Shown here in pieces: positions 1 through 10,900 of a stretch of 64,000 bases of DNA. The stretch's first letter is position 1; every line of letters begins with the position of its first letter. The notes below the pieces were generated by a model. It was given only the letters and a program-made list of their open reading frames with translations. It was not told the origin of the DNA and did no database searches. Both the position numbers and the translations under genes were made by a program. The stretch is from Eledone cirrhosa (lineage: Eukaryota): NCBI GenBank assembly GCA_964016885.1, contig OZ024740.1, forward strand, positions 386,260,001 to 386,324,000. The letters are read 5' to 3'.

Positions 1-31
1 AAAGTGAAATTGAAATGAAGCACTTTTTGTC
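1..31 (-). CDS. Possible start of a further host-gene exon running off the window edge
   Basis: Minus-strand acceptor atatattttacag|G at 33-32. All three frames are open to base 1 (phase 0 gives DKKCFISISL, compatible with the exon at 13560-13625). No donor is visible in the window. Confidence 0.25.
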
Positions 32-901
32 CTGTAAAATATATATTTGTTTTCACTGTTTGCTTGTAACAATAACCAGCATATGTGTAGATGTTATTGC
101 AATAAAAGACTTTATTTTTATCTGTTCTGGCTAGGTTGATACCAATTAACATAACAGTAATAAAATGTAAATCTCTCAGATAAGTACATTATATTGTGTT
201 GTCACAACAACAAAGGAAAAAAACTGAAGTATTTGCAATGTTTGATGAAACCTCATTGGCAAAAGAGAAACAAAATTAACCACATGCAGGCAGTACCACA
301 TTGAACATTACTAAACTGAATGTCTGTAGAATACAATATATTCTGCACTTAACCAACACTTCAGTCAAGCAAATATTCATGTTAAAATTTCCTCTTCGAC
401 TTACGACTCCTCAGATTACATCAACAGTTATATCACTATGAAATTATATTCTACTATTGTCTTTCATTATCTGAATTAAAGGATGATGATGTTTATGGGA
501 AACAAGTAAACTTCTAGTGATCCAGACTTATAATGTTTGGTACTGATTCAAGAAACTACTGCCTGCTAATGGCCTTCAGAAACACAAATATCTCACAATC
601 TTATTCCACTCCCCTGTAAACGTATAACCTTATTTCTAAATAAGAAACCATTATCTGAATTAATGATATAAACAATGTAAAAATTGAAACCTCCTATAGG
701 GCCTTTTCTAAACTTAACAAATTGTCCTTCTTTAATGAGGGGTTGTTTTTTTTATTTAATTTTGTTGATTAAATTGGATACAGATTGTAAAAAGAAAATA
801 TTTCCCTCCATAATTAAAATAATGCCTTTTTACTTGCTATTAATAATCAAGTTGAAATTAATATAAAATCAACAAAGGAGATAAAAATGGTCACATTTTT
901 C

Positions 902-1070
902 ATGTCTGAGTAAATAATTGTTTCTACTTTAGGCACAAGGCCAGCAATTATTCCAGTGTATTACTGGTACTTTATTTTATCGACCCCATTAAGGATGAAA
1001 GGCAAAGTTAACCTCGGCCTTTCATCCTTACGGGGGTCGATAAAATAAAGTACCAATAATACCAGTAATA
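902..1070. repeat. Partial duplicate plus inverted segment of the adjacent SINE-A copy
   Basis: 902-1017 repeats 1072-1186. 1017-1070 is the reverse complement of the SINE core (tactggtactttattttatcgacc..taaggatgaaaggc). Confidence 0.85.
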
Positions 1071-1088
1071 AATGTCTGAGTAAATAAT

Positions 1089-1271
1089 TGTTTCTACTTT
1101 AGCCACAAGGCCAGCAATTAACCAGTGTATTACTGGTACTTTATTTTATCGACCTCGTAAGGATGAAAGGCAAAGTCAACCTCGGCGGGATTTGAACTCA
1201 GAATGGCAAGGGCCGTAACTCTATGTGTCAAAGCATGGTGTCCGACCCTCTACCGATACTGCCAATTCACC
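1089..1271 (-). mobile_element. tRNA-derived SINE, family A (ATT-type tail)
   Basis: Minus strand has an A-box-like TGGCAGTATCGG and a B-box GTTCAAATCC. TSD gagtaaataat at 1078-1088 and 1272-1282. Many copies in the window. Confidence 0.9.
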
Positions 1272-1280
1272 GAGTAAATA

Positions 1281-1595
1281 ATGTCTTACAAAAGACATAC
1301 TCATGTTTCATCAGGTAACAATGTCTTCCGAATGAGATACTTATGTTTGATAAAGCAACCAAGCCTTGCAAGAAACATGCTCGTAGTTGACATATTCATG
1401 TTTGATAAAGCAACCATGTCTTGCAGTTGACATATTCATGTTTGATAAAGCAACCATGTCTTGCAGTTGACATATTCATGTTTGATAAAGCAACCATGTC
1501 TTGCAGTTGACATATTCATGTTTGATAAAGCAACCATGTCTTGTGGTTGACATACTTATGTTTGATAAAGTAACCATGTCTTGCAAGTGAGATAC
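1281..1595. repeat. 40-bp minisatellite, about 7-8 copies
   Basis: Unit agttgacatattcatgtttgataaagcaaccatgtcttgc is near-perfect five times (1385-1585), with degenerate copies upstream. Confidence 0.95.
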
Positions 1596-2148
1596 TCTGA
1601 ACATAATGCCCAACATAATGTTGAGAATTCTTAAAGTCATACTTGCTACCAAACTGTGTTCTAATAAAAATTAATAGTAAAATACATAAAAATTTATTGA
1701 AAGAAATGAAGCTTACAAACGAAGGAATGAGTTGCTATTATATATATTTTTCATTTTTTAATGTGTGTTGAAAAAGAGAGCCAAATTCAGGTAAAAATTA
1801 AAGTTACTCGTCAAGTATTCCTTGTAAAATGATTTATATGTATAAATAAAAAGGGGAAAGCTACAGAAGTTAAAATGGCATGAATATATATATATGTGTA
1901 TATATAAATATATAGTCTGCTAGTCAATAAAAGTTGGCAGAATGCCATCATTGCCATCACTACAGTATTTCCCAAATATTCAAAATTGCAATTATGAATA
2001 GTGTTCATATTGGCCCAATTCTGATAGGTATAGGAAAAGCAGAAGGATTTTAGCTATTGTGTACATACTAGACATAATAGACAATATGATTATTTTATTT
2101 ATAGCACTGCTTCTGTAGGTAAAACTAATAAGAAATGGTAAATTTCTT

Positions 2149-2499
2149 CTACTCTCGGGCCTCAAATAATCGCCCCCATCACCACTTAATAATTTTTCAG
2201 ATTTTTTTCCAACCCCACTGCTCTTATTCCACATACCCTCTCATTAAATTTTGCTAATCTATCTCCGGCAAAATTTTATTTTAAGTGGTAGCATTCCTGC
2301 AACAATTAATTTTCTTTATACATTAAAAAACATTATACACGACAAATAAAAGTACATTACAAGAAATCCCATAACTTGGGGGTCGCAATATGTAAACTAA
2401 ATGACTAATTCCGTTTTTTTTAAATAATAATGGAGACAACCTAGAAAAATTACAGACCCCTGCTTATTCCAATCCCCCTTTTATTGGGACCCAAGAATA
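2149..2499. mobile_element. Degenerate non-autonomous TIR element (Tc1/pogo-like MITE)
   Basis: Imperfect inverted ends tactctcgggcctcaaata ... tattgggacccaagaata with TA-like termini. The motif ccc..tgct(c)ttattcc is repeated internally. Confidence 0.5.
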
Positions 2500-2579
2500 A
2501 GCTAATTGTGATCAAAAAACAAATTAGGCTTAGGGTTTAATTTAAGAAGACTAAAATTCAACAAAGTATATCAACACTA

Positions 2580-2822
2580 TCAACATCTGCTTGAGTCAAT
2601 GAGGAAGCTTTTGTAGTTACTCGACCTGGTAGAAATAACAGTCAAATTTCCAACAAACTGCACCCTACTACGATATAAAAGAAAAAAAAGACACAATGAA
2701 TATGTGTTTATGTATTCCAGGGTACACTGTTTTTTTTTTAAATAAATAAATGGTATGGCCATTGATTATTTTTGGTCATAGGTCTGCTCAATCATGGCTG
2801 ACTTGGGATATAACTCAATCAG
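2580..2822 (+). repeat. Old interspersed repeat (SINE-like 3' part); related copies at ~32760-32945 and ~41760-41957
   Basis: Shared motifs ctgctagaaatagca..aaat.t.c..caaa and atca.ggctga..tggggctaaacaacaa in three places. Confidence 0.55.
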
Positions 2823-3069
2823 CAATAACCATCACCATTAGTCTAGCAGACATCTCCTCATATTGCAAAGAGCTGAATGGAACTGCATAACAACACACTA
2901 TGTGTTATTTCTATCCAGCAAAATTTAATTGATGTATTAGTTACATCAGAATTAAGTTTGATAAATACATGGCCAAATTGATTAGAGTATCATTTCAAAC
3001 TCATTATATTTAGAATTTGAGAAGGGTATCTAATTCTAAATATCTCAATGCACCTAGCTCTCTGTCACC

Positions 3070-3300
3070 ATCATCAACATCATTTAATGTCATGCTTGCA
3101 TGGGTTAGACAAGTAGTTACATGATAAGACTAGCCAGGTCAGGTGATCATGATTTTCTCCCACAGATCTGTTTTGGGCTTGATTACCATGGTTTGATGCC
3201 CTTCCTAATACCAACCACATTAGAGTGAAGTAAGTGTTTTTCACTGTAGTACCAGAATGACCACCTAACAAGGTGGACTATGTGCTTTTGTTGTAGTGGC
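3070..3300 (-). mobile_element. Old RTE-tail-bearing SINE/LINE 3' fragment; similar relics at ~4676, 7620, 22550, 32632, 36455, 38700-38920, 47540-47725, 48900-49090, 57510-57650, 59205-59345
   Basis: (ATC)n next to catgcttgcatggg and gatgcccttcctaa..ccaaccac, matching the RTE 3' UTR at 7930-8200. Confidence 0.65.
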
Positions 3301-6300
3301 TCAAGTATACAGGGTGGAATGGGTGCTATTTGTTGTAGCAGCAGTAGTGGGAGAGCATACACACACACACACACACACATATCCACACATACACCACCAC
3401 TACAACTCTATGCCTACACAGGCCAGAAAGGTCCCCTCCAGCACAGCATCCCATCACCCATTACCACAACCCCATCAACTTGACAAGGATTCAGTGATTT
3501 GAGATCAGCTCTCACAACCACTCCAGGATTCTTCTCTGGGACCCACTGACACCTCCACTCTTCAATGACCATGACACACAAGCACCATACAACCACAGCA
3601 ATGCTCTGTAATAGTAAACAATATCTTCGGAGAATATTAGCACGCCAATGACTCTACCAATCTTTTCATAATTAGTCCATCAAATTAATTTAAAGTCTGT
3701 TATCCTTTACTAACTAAATGCCTTTTTCCCTTATTTATAAATACTACTTAATGTACAATCACACCATATTTGTTTTCGTGAGAGTATTCTGCATCTCCTG
3801 GTATGCTTATCTTAAAACCTTTTATATATGAAGTCTAATTAATTATTTTTATCTAATGTGTTCCACAACTTCCCCTCTTTCCTTCATCCAGCATCACTAA
3901 TGTCTACTACCAACACTTAATTTGTTACTTGATATACATAAACCATATCAAAAGAGTAGTATCTAATGCAATTCACTTTACAGCCACCTAAATTTCCCAA
4001 TGAACATCAAAAAGATTTCAAAGTCATTCTTTCATCAATGTTGCAAATCTTGTACCATCGATGCCTATGTTTCACTGCAGTAGTAAAACATTAACTTAGA
4101 TTATTTACTAACTAAATAAATAGCCAATCCCCTTCAAGGTTTTATGCCTATTTTTCATGTTTACATTTACTCTTAACATCCTGTAATGGTTTAGAAGAAA
4201 ATATGTTTGGTAATTTAAATCTTAATATCTTCACTAGCAGACACATTATGAAAATTTGTAGTATTAAAATAAATACTTTAATTTTTCATGTGATGCAGCC
4301 ATAGTGTTGTTTTGTACGTTTCAAGAATATCTTGCTAATATGGTATTATGTGGCATGGAACATTAAGAGTTAAATAGAAAATCCTTTGTTATTCTAAAAT
4401 CAATGTTGACTCTTAGGAGGAAGTATGCTTATAATTTCTTCATAACAAATGACTGCAATATTTTTAAAAAGAAATATTTCCACTATTGCATTAAACGGCT
4501 TACTTGAAATGAAAGTAATCCCCTTTAAGAAGGAATATGAAATTTATGCACTAATTCCAATGTTGTATTTGAAAACAGGAACCAATATTGTCCTCAGGTA
4601 AGAACATATAATTCACAGTTTTATATAGAGTCAAGAAGACAGAAATGGCATGCTAATATAATGGGTTATAATTTTACCCATGCTACCATGGAAGATAGAC
4701 GTGAAACGATGATGATGATGACACACATAATTTAAATGTGCTAGTTATTTCATAAGATCAACGTTTCCAGAAATCTTTTGTTTCACTGTGTATTTTACAA
4801 AAAAATTACATAAGCCCCATGCAATTCCGCCTTTATTGTATGCCAAATTTTGTGTGAGTGCATGTGTGTGGTAAATGTGTGTGTATGTGTTTGGGTATGG
4901 AACAATCACAATGAAATATCAAGATAAGCTTCCTGCTCACCAACTTAATGGCTAATTTTCATTCTTGTTTATAGCTATTTGAGACTTTTTTTGTTTTTTA
5001 CTATTACTTAGTATACAAATTGAAGTAGTATGGGTTTTTTCTTCTTTTTTATGACACTTGGACACTGTAAAAAGAAGTACATTTCAAACTAGGAACATTT
5101 GCAATGATAATCACTAAACCATAAGGTAGATGTGGAACCCATTGTTTTTTAGGCAAACAAACCAAAGAAAAACTGGTCTAGGGGCATCACACAATGGTTA
5201 TGCAAGTAGAGCTAACAGCACTGGATTAATGGCTAAGTCATTATACCTCAATTAAAATTTATGATAATTGTATGATCTTACATCACAGATTAGTTATAAA
5301 CAGCAGCCAATGTAGAAGTAGAAGAAAACATTTGTTTAGTGAGTTGATGACTGTTCTATATTACTCACTATATGATCATAAATTCAAAGATACCATTATT
5401 CCGTTTTCTTTAACCGACCAGGTCAAATAGAGATACAGCATCCATCAAAATATTTACACTGGAATTATTCAAATTTGCAGAAAAGCAAGGCTTTAGTTTC
5501 CACCTCACCAAATTTAGATATTTGCTTATCAGTTATTGAAACAAATATGTTTAATTATTGAACGCTCTTACAAATTTATTAACTGTTTAATTTAAAGTGA
5601 ATCATGGCCCATTGATCAAAACAGACAAACTATAACAACTTGGTCACAATGAAATGGCCACAGTAGAGTTTTAAACTATAATAACATTTCATAGTTGATG
5701 TATCAGCTGACAGATTAAAACATTGTAATGACTGATTTATTCAAGACAATGCTATGATATGAAACAAAAGAAAAGTATATCAGTTTTAGAAAGCCAGATT
5801 ACAAGTCTTATACAATGGCATCCACAGTTAGACAAGTTTAAAGAATGTCTGGCTACTGGCTTCAGAGTCAGCATCAGATTTTTATCCCAGCACTGATGCA
5901 ATACTGAATACCTTTCCAAAACATTTAACACTCAATGGTTTAGTCCACATAGCTATAAATAAGTGATATGTGTGAAATATATTGTACAACAAAAAGTAGT
6001 TAATTAGAAGCAGTACTCAACTCAAGTTATAAAGAGAAATATATATCTAGAAATTCAAGTCAACAAGGTTAATTACTCATCATTCATTGAATATTCTCTG
6101 AATTAGAAAGGTCAAGCAATCATATTTTTCTGTCTCCAAACGTACACGAAATATATGAAATATCAATTCACTGACTCATAATTTTAACTACCAACATTGC
6201 CTTTGAGTGAGTAAGCACAGGTGTGAGCAGGTAAGTATTAGTGAGTAGACAAATAACTAGGAGTTTGCTAGGGCACTTTACATAAGCTGCTGGTATACAG

Positions 6301-7714
6301 AGATGATCAGGTACCCATATTTCCAATACAAGAATACAAAATAAAGATATGTCTACTATATATATATATACACACACACTTCTTACAAATTGCTTAACCC
6401 TTTTTATAACAAACTACATGAAATCATCAATGATGCAAGTGTTTATATTTTTCTTAAAACATTCCACCATTATTTTATGGAAGATCCTTTCCTAAATTAT
6501 GTTCCAAACACCAGCTTAATCATGAGAAAGCCACATATGTTAATACCTCCAAATACTTAATTACTTTTTAAATGATTTGAAAATTATAAGCAATGTCATT
6601 CATTAAACATATGGTATCTCCAAAACAAAAACACCAAAAACACTAAGAGAACATCCTTCCTATATTTGTTTCATCAATAGATGAAACTGTATTAATAACA
6701 CCGATTTTATGCTTTGCTGTAAGGACTGGAATGTACACAACCACAACCACAACAAAATTGAATATATAATAAAACTGAAGCTGAATGCAATGCAATTGGT
6801 TTTGTTATCTATGTAAAAGAATAATTGAAGCCATGAATATATAGAACTCAGAAACATGACAAACATACTAACACAGATAATTTATTTCTTAAACAGATAA
6901 CTGTTGTAATATTTGTTAGAATTGGTTCCAGAATTTAAACAACAAACAATTACATACTAAATAAACCATTTAATGAGGGAAATTAGATTTCTATAGTACT
7001 TCAGCAATGTTCATTCAACTAAGAGATCATCATAAAAATACAACTAGCAGTCATTGTCCTTTGATCCTACTAACTGAAAAATATTTTTTTTTCCATTCCT
7101 GTTCACTTTTGTAACACTCCCTTTTCCCTCCTCTCTATAACTATCCATTTACCATTTATCTATTTTTCTTCAATATTTTATACAAACAATTTTCTTTTTT
7201 TTTAAATGAGCATGCTTCTGTAAATAGAAGATTTACATATGAAATGTAGCAGATATTTTAACAAATGGATAAAGCTTTGATATTTCTCTGAAAAGTCAGC
7301 AATCATTAATACATTAATTTCCAAAAGAATGACATCAAATAAATCAAGAAATTAGGTTCCTTAAATTTCAAATGCATATTAAAAGGGTGATGATGATGAT
7401 ATTACTTTTCAGGCATTAATATGAATAAAAGTGAATGCGTTGCAATCATATGGCCTATTATTCAGTGATATATAATTGTTTCTACTTTTGGCACAATAAA
7501 ATCATATGGATCTTTTCCTCTACGTACGCGCATGTGTTTGTGTGATACTCAGCATAAATTGTAAGGTTTATTAATTCCTTCAATGCATTTTGATGACATG
7601 TCTAAGTGATTTGGAATTGTATCATTATCATCCATTTTTGCATGCTAGCATGGGATGGGTAGGTTTGCTACACTATATATTGTCGCTTATGATATTTTTT
7701 GTTACCTCTTCATC

Positions 7715-7929
7715 TTAACCCTTTAGCATTTAAACCAGCCATATCCGGCCATAATTCACCTCTTTCTCACCCCTTTCTGTTTAAACTGGCTGTAACTAGC
7801 TCCTCATGCTGATGTTAAGATTTTGTTCTCAAAACAAATAATACCAAACCTCATAGATTTGCTTTTATGTGAGATATTATGTGAGATAAAATATTTACCA
7901 TGAAAATATAATAGTAAATGTAGCGTAAT
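7715..7929 (+). mobile_element. Left part of a TTAA/piggyBac-type MITE (family M1), interrupted by the RTE LINE
   Basis: Starts TTAA-CCCTTTAGCATTTA and is colinear with the intact copy at 46041-46265. The remainder is at 11827-11849. Confidence 0.85.
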
Positions 7930-10900
7930 CATCATCATCATCATCATCACCGTTTTACGTCCGTTCTTCCACGCTAGCATGGGTTAGACGGGTTGTCCTG
8001 TTGTGGGCAGTGTCTGGTCGGCTGACCATGCCTTGCTCATACAGGAACTGATCTGGCTTGATTTCTACAGCTGGATGCCCTTCCTAACACCAACCTCATT
8101 TACAGTGAGTGCTGGGTGCTTTTTCGTGGCGCCTACACGTCCACTTTACAGTGTGGGCTGGGTGCTTTTTTGCCGTGGCACCTCCACGACCACCTTGCGG
8201 TGGGGGGGGGGGGGGGCATATTGTTTATATGCTTCAGCATGTACCCATGGGAGGTCGGGTACCCTGTATTACTGCGTGACGCCAGAAGTCACGGTCGTGT
8301 GTCATTGACTTTGAGAGGTGTAGTTGGGTAAGGTCGGCTTTTATCACCTCATCCCAAGTCATCTTGGGTCTCCCCACTCCGCGGTTTCCATCAACTTCTA
8401 GTGCTCTGCACCTTTTTATGCAGCTGTCATCCTTCATACGCATCACATGTCCATACCAGCGTAACCGCCTCTCCTGCACGCAGCATTTGATTCCTCTTAT
8501 GCTCAGTCTCTCTCTCAATTCATTTATGCTTTGTCGTTCACGTATATTACTGTTACACATCCATCGGAGCATGCAGGCTTCGTTTCTCTCTAATCTACGT
8601 AAGTCTTCCACCTTCAGCGCCCAGGTCTCACTACCATGCAACATCGCTGTTCGGATACACGCATCATACAGTCTGCCTTTCATTCTGAGGGAGAAGCCTT
8701 TTGCAGCTAGCAGTGGTAGTAGTTCCCTAAACTTCTTCCATCCCGTTCTTACCCTAGTTATTGTACTTTCTGAGCACCCACCTCCGTTGCTAATTCGGTC
8801 ACCTAGGTAGCAGAAGCTGTCTACTGTTTCTACAGGGCCCTCCCAGAGATTGGTGGTACTTGTTTCCTGTGGCTGTTTGCTTGCTGTTTCAGCACAGCTG
8901 CTGCATGTGAATCCTACATTCTTAATTAAGCTTCCTGAGATCCCGCTACATCTCTTGTGTACCCATTGTTTGCATTTGGGGCAAAGAATGGAGTTCCTAC
9001 CTACACCTTTCCTACATACTGAGCAAGGCCATTTCCCTGAAAGGATCTGGGTTCTGTTTTCTCGTCTACTTATAAGGACCTTAGTCTTTGTCATGTTGAC
9101 TTTGAGGCCCTTTCTCTCTAGTCCCTGCTTCCAGGTTTGGAATTTATTCTCTAGTTCTACCATAGATTCAGCTATGAGTGCGAGGTCATCAGCATACAGG
9201 AGTTCCCATGGGCATCCGGTCTTAAACTCCTCCGTTATTGCCTGCAGGACTATGATGAACAGGAGAGGGCTAAGAACAGAGCCCTGGTGGACCCCAACCT
9301 GTACGCTAAATTCCTCGCTATACTCATTGCCAATCCTAACTTTGCTGACTGCTCCCCTATACATGGCTTGTACCGCTTTCACAAGCCATTCATCTACTCC
9401 TAGTTTTCTAAGAGCCCACCAGATTACTGCACGTGGAACTCTGTCAAAGGCTTTCTCAAGGTCGACAAATGCCAAGTAGAGTGGCTTACTTTTAGCTAGG
9501 TACTTTTCCTGTAATTGCCTCACAAGGAAGAGCGCATCAGTGGTGCCTTTCCCTGGAACAAACCCAAATTGCATCTCGTCTATATTCACCCGGTCCCTAA
9601 TCAGCTGTGCTATAACTCTTTCTGTTACTTTCATGACCTGGTCCATCAACTTTATACCTCTATAGTTTCCTCTATCTAGTGCATCGCCTTTACCTTTGTA
9701 GCAGTTGACAATGATGCTACTGCACCAATCTTTTGGTATGGCCCCCTCTAGTATTACCTGGTTAACGATACGTGTGGTTATAGTGTGACCTACAGACCCA
9801 GATGCCTTCAGCATCTCGGCAGCTATACCCGATGGACCGGTTGCCTTCCCTATCTTCATATCTCTGATTGCCTTACTTACTACGCTGCCGCTGACTTGTA
9901 CTGCTGGTCCCTCTATAGGGTCTACGTGGGGTAGGGTCTCTTCTTCCCATGCATTCTCCTCATTTAGTAATCTATCATAATGACTCTTCCATGCATCTTT
10001 CTTCTCAGCACTTGTGAGGGCAAGCTCACCTTTATCATTCCGGATACACTTCTCTCCAATGACATCACAACTATCTCTGACACACTGCCTCGCAATCTTG
10101 AATACCTCCTGTTTCTGGTCCTCACGTTGTAAAACATGCTTGAATTTTCTATCCTCTGCTTCCCTCCTAGCTAAGTATACTTGTCGCCTAGCTTCCCTCT
10201 TGGTCTCTATGTAATGTACCCTGCTCCCCCCGTTCTTCCATTCTTTCCATGCCTGTCTCTTGGCCTTGACTGCTTCATCTACCTTATTGTTCCACCACCA
10301 AGTCACTCTCCTCCTGCTTGAGGTCTTACTCCAGCCACAAACCTCATCCGTCGCCTCTAGTAAGTTATTTTTTAGGAACTCCCAGTTCTCTTCTACGTTA
10401 AATGTCTCTATCTGTTCTTCTTTACTGTCGTAGGCGTTGAGTAAAATATCTTTAAATCTGTTACTGGTTGAGGGGACTTTCAGCTTCCAGATCTTTCTTC
10501 TCCAGGTTGGCCTCTGTTTCAGGGCTCGTCTAGTTCTGACCGTGAGGTCGCTGACAACTAAGCTATGTTGGGATGTACATTCCTCACTAGGGAAGGCTTT
10601 TGTGTTTACGACCGTCCATCTGTCACGTCCTCTGATGAGGATAAAATCTAACTGACTAGAGTGCTCCCCTGATCTATAGGTGATCAGGTGGTTGTCGGGT
10701 TTTTTAAAGTTTGTGTTACATATCGACATGTCATTGGCGTCGCAGAATTCTAGAAGTCTGAATCCTTCCTCATTCCTTGTGCCAACTCCATGGCCTCCAT
10801 GTACTCTATTGAAGCCGTCGCAGTGTTTACCTACGTGTCCGTTAAAATCTCCTGCAATGATTAGGAAGTCCTTGTCGTCTGTTAGAGCAGTAGTGTGTAT

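Noticed and set aside
1281-1595. CRISPR-like array
   Set aside because: The units are contiguous with no unique spacers, there are no cas genes, and the context is eukaryotic.
4579-4597. Plus-strand 19-nt microexon (aacag|...|gtaaga) and a donor-like caggtaagt at ~6228
   Set aside because: Weak pyrimidine tract and no supporting plus-strand exon chain.
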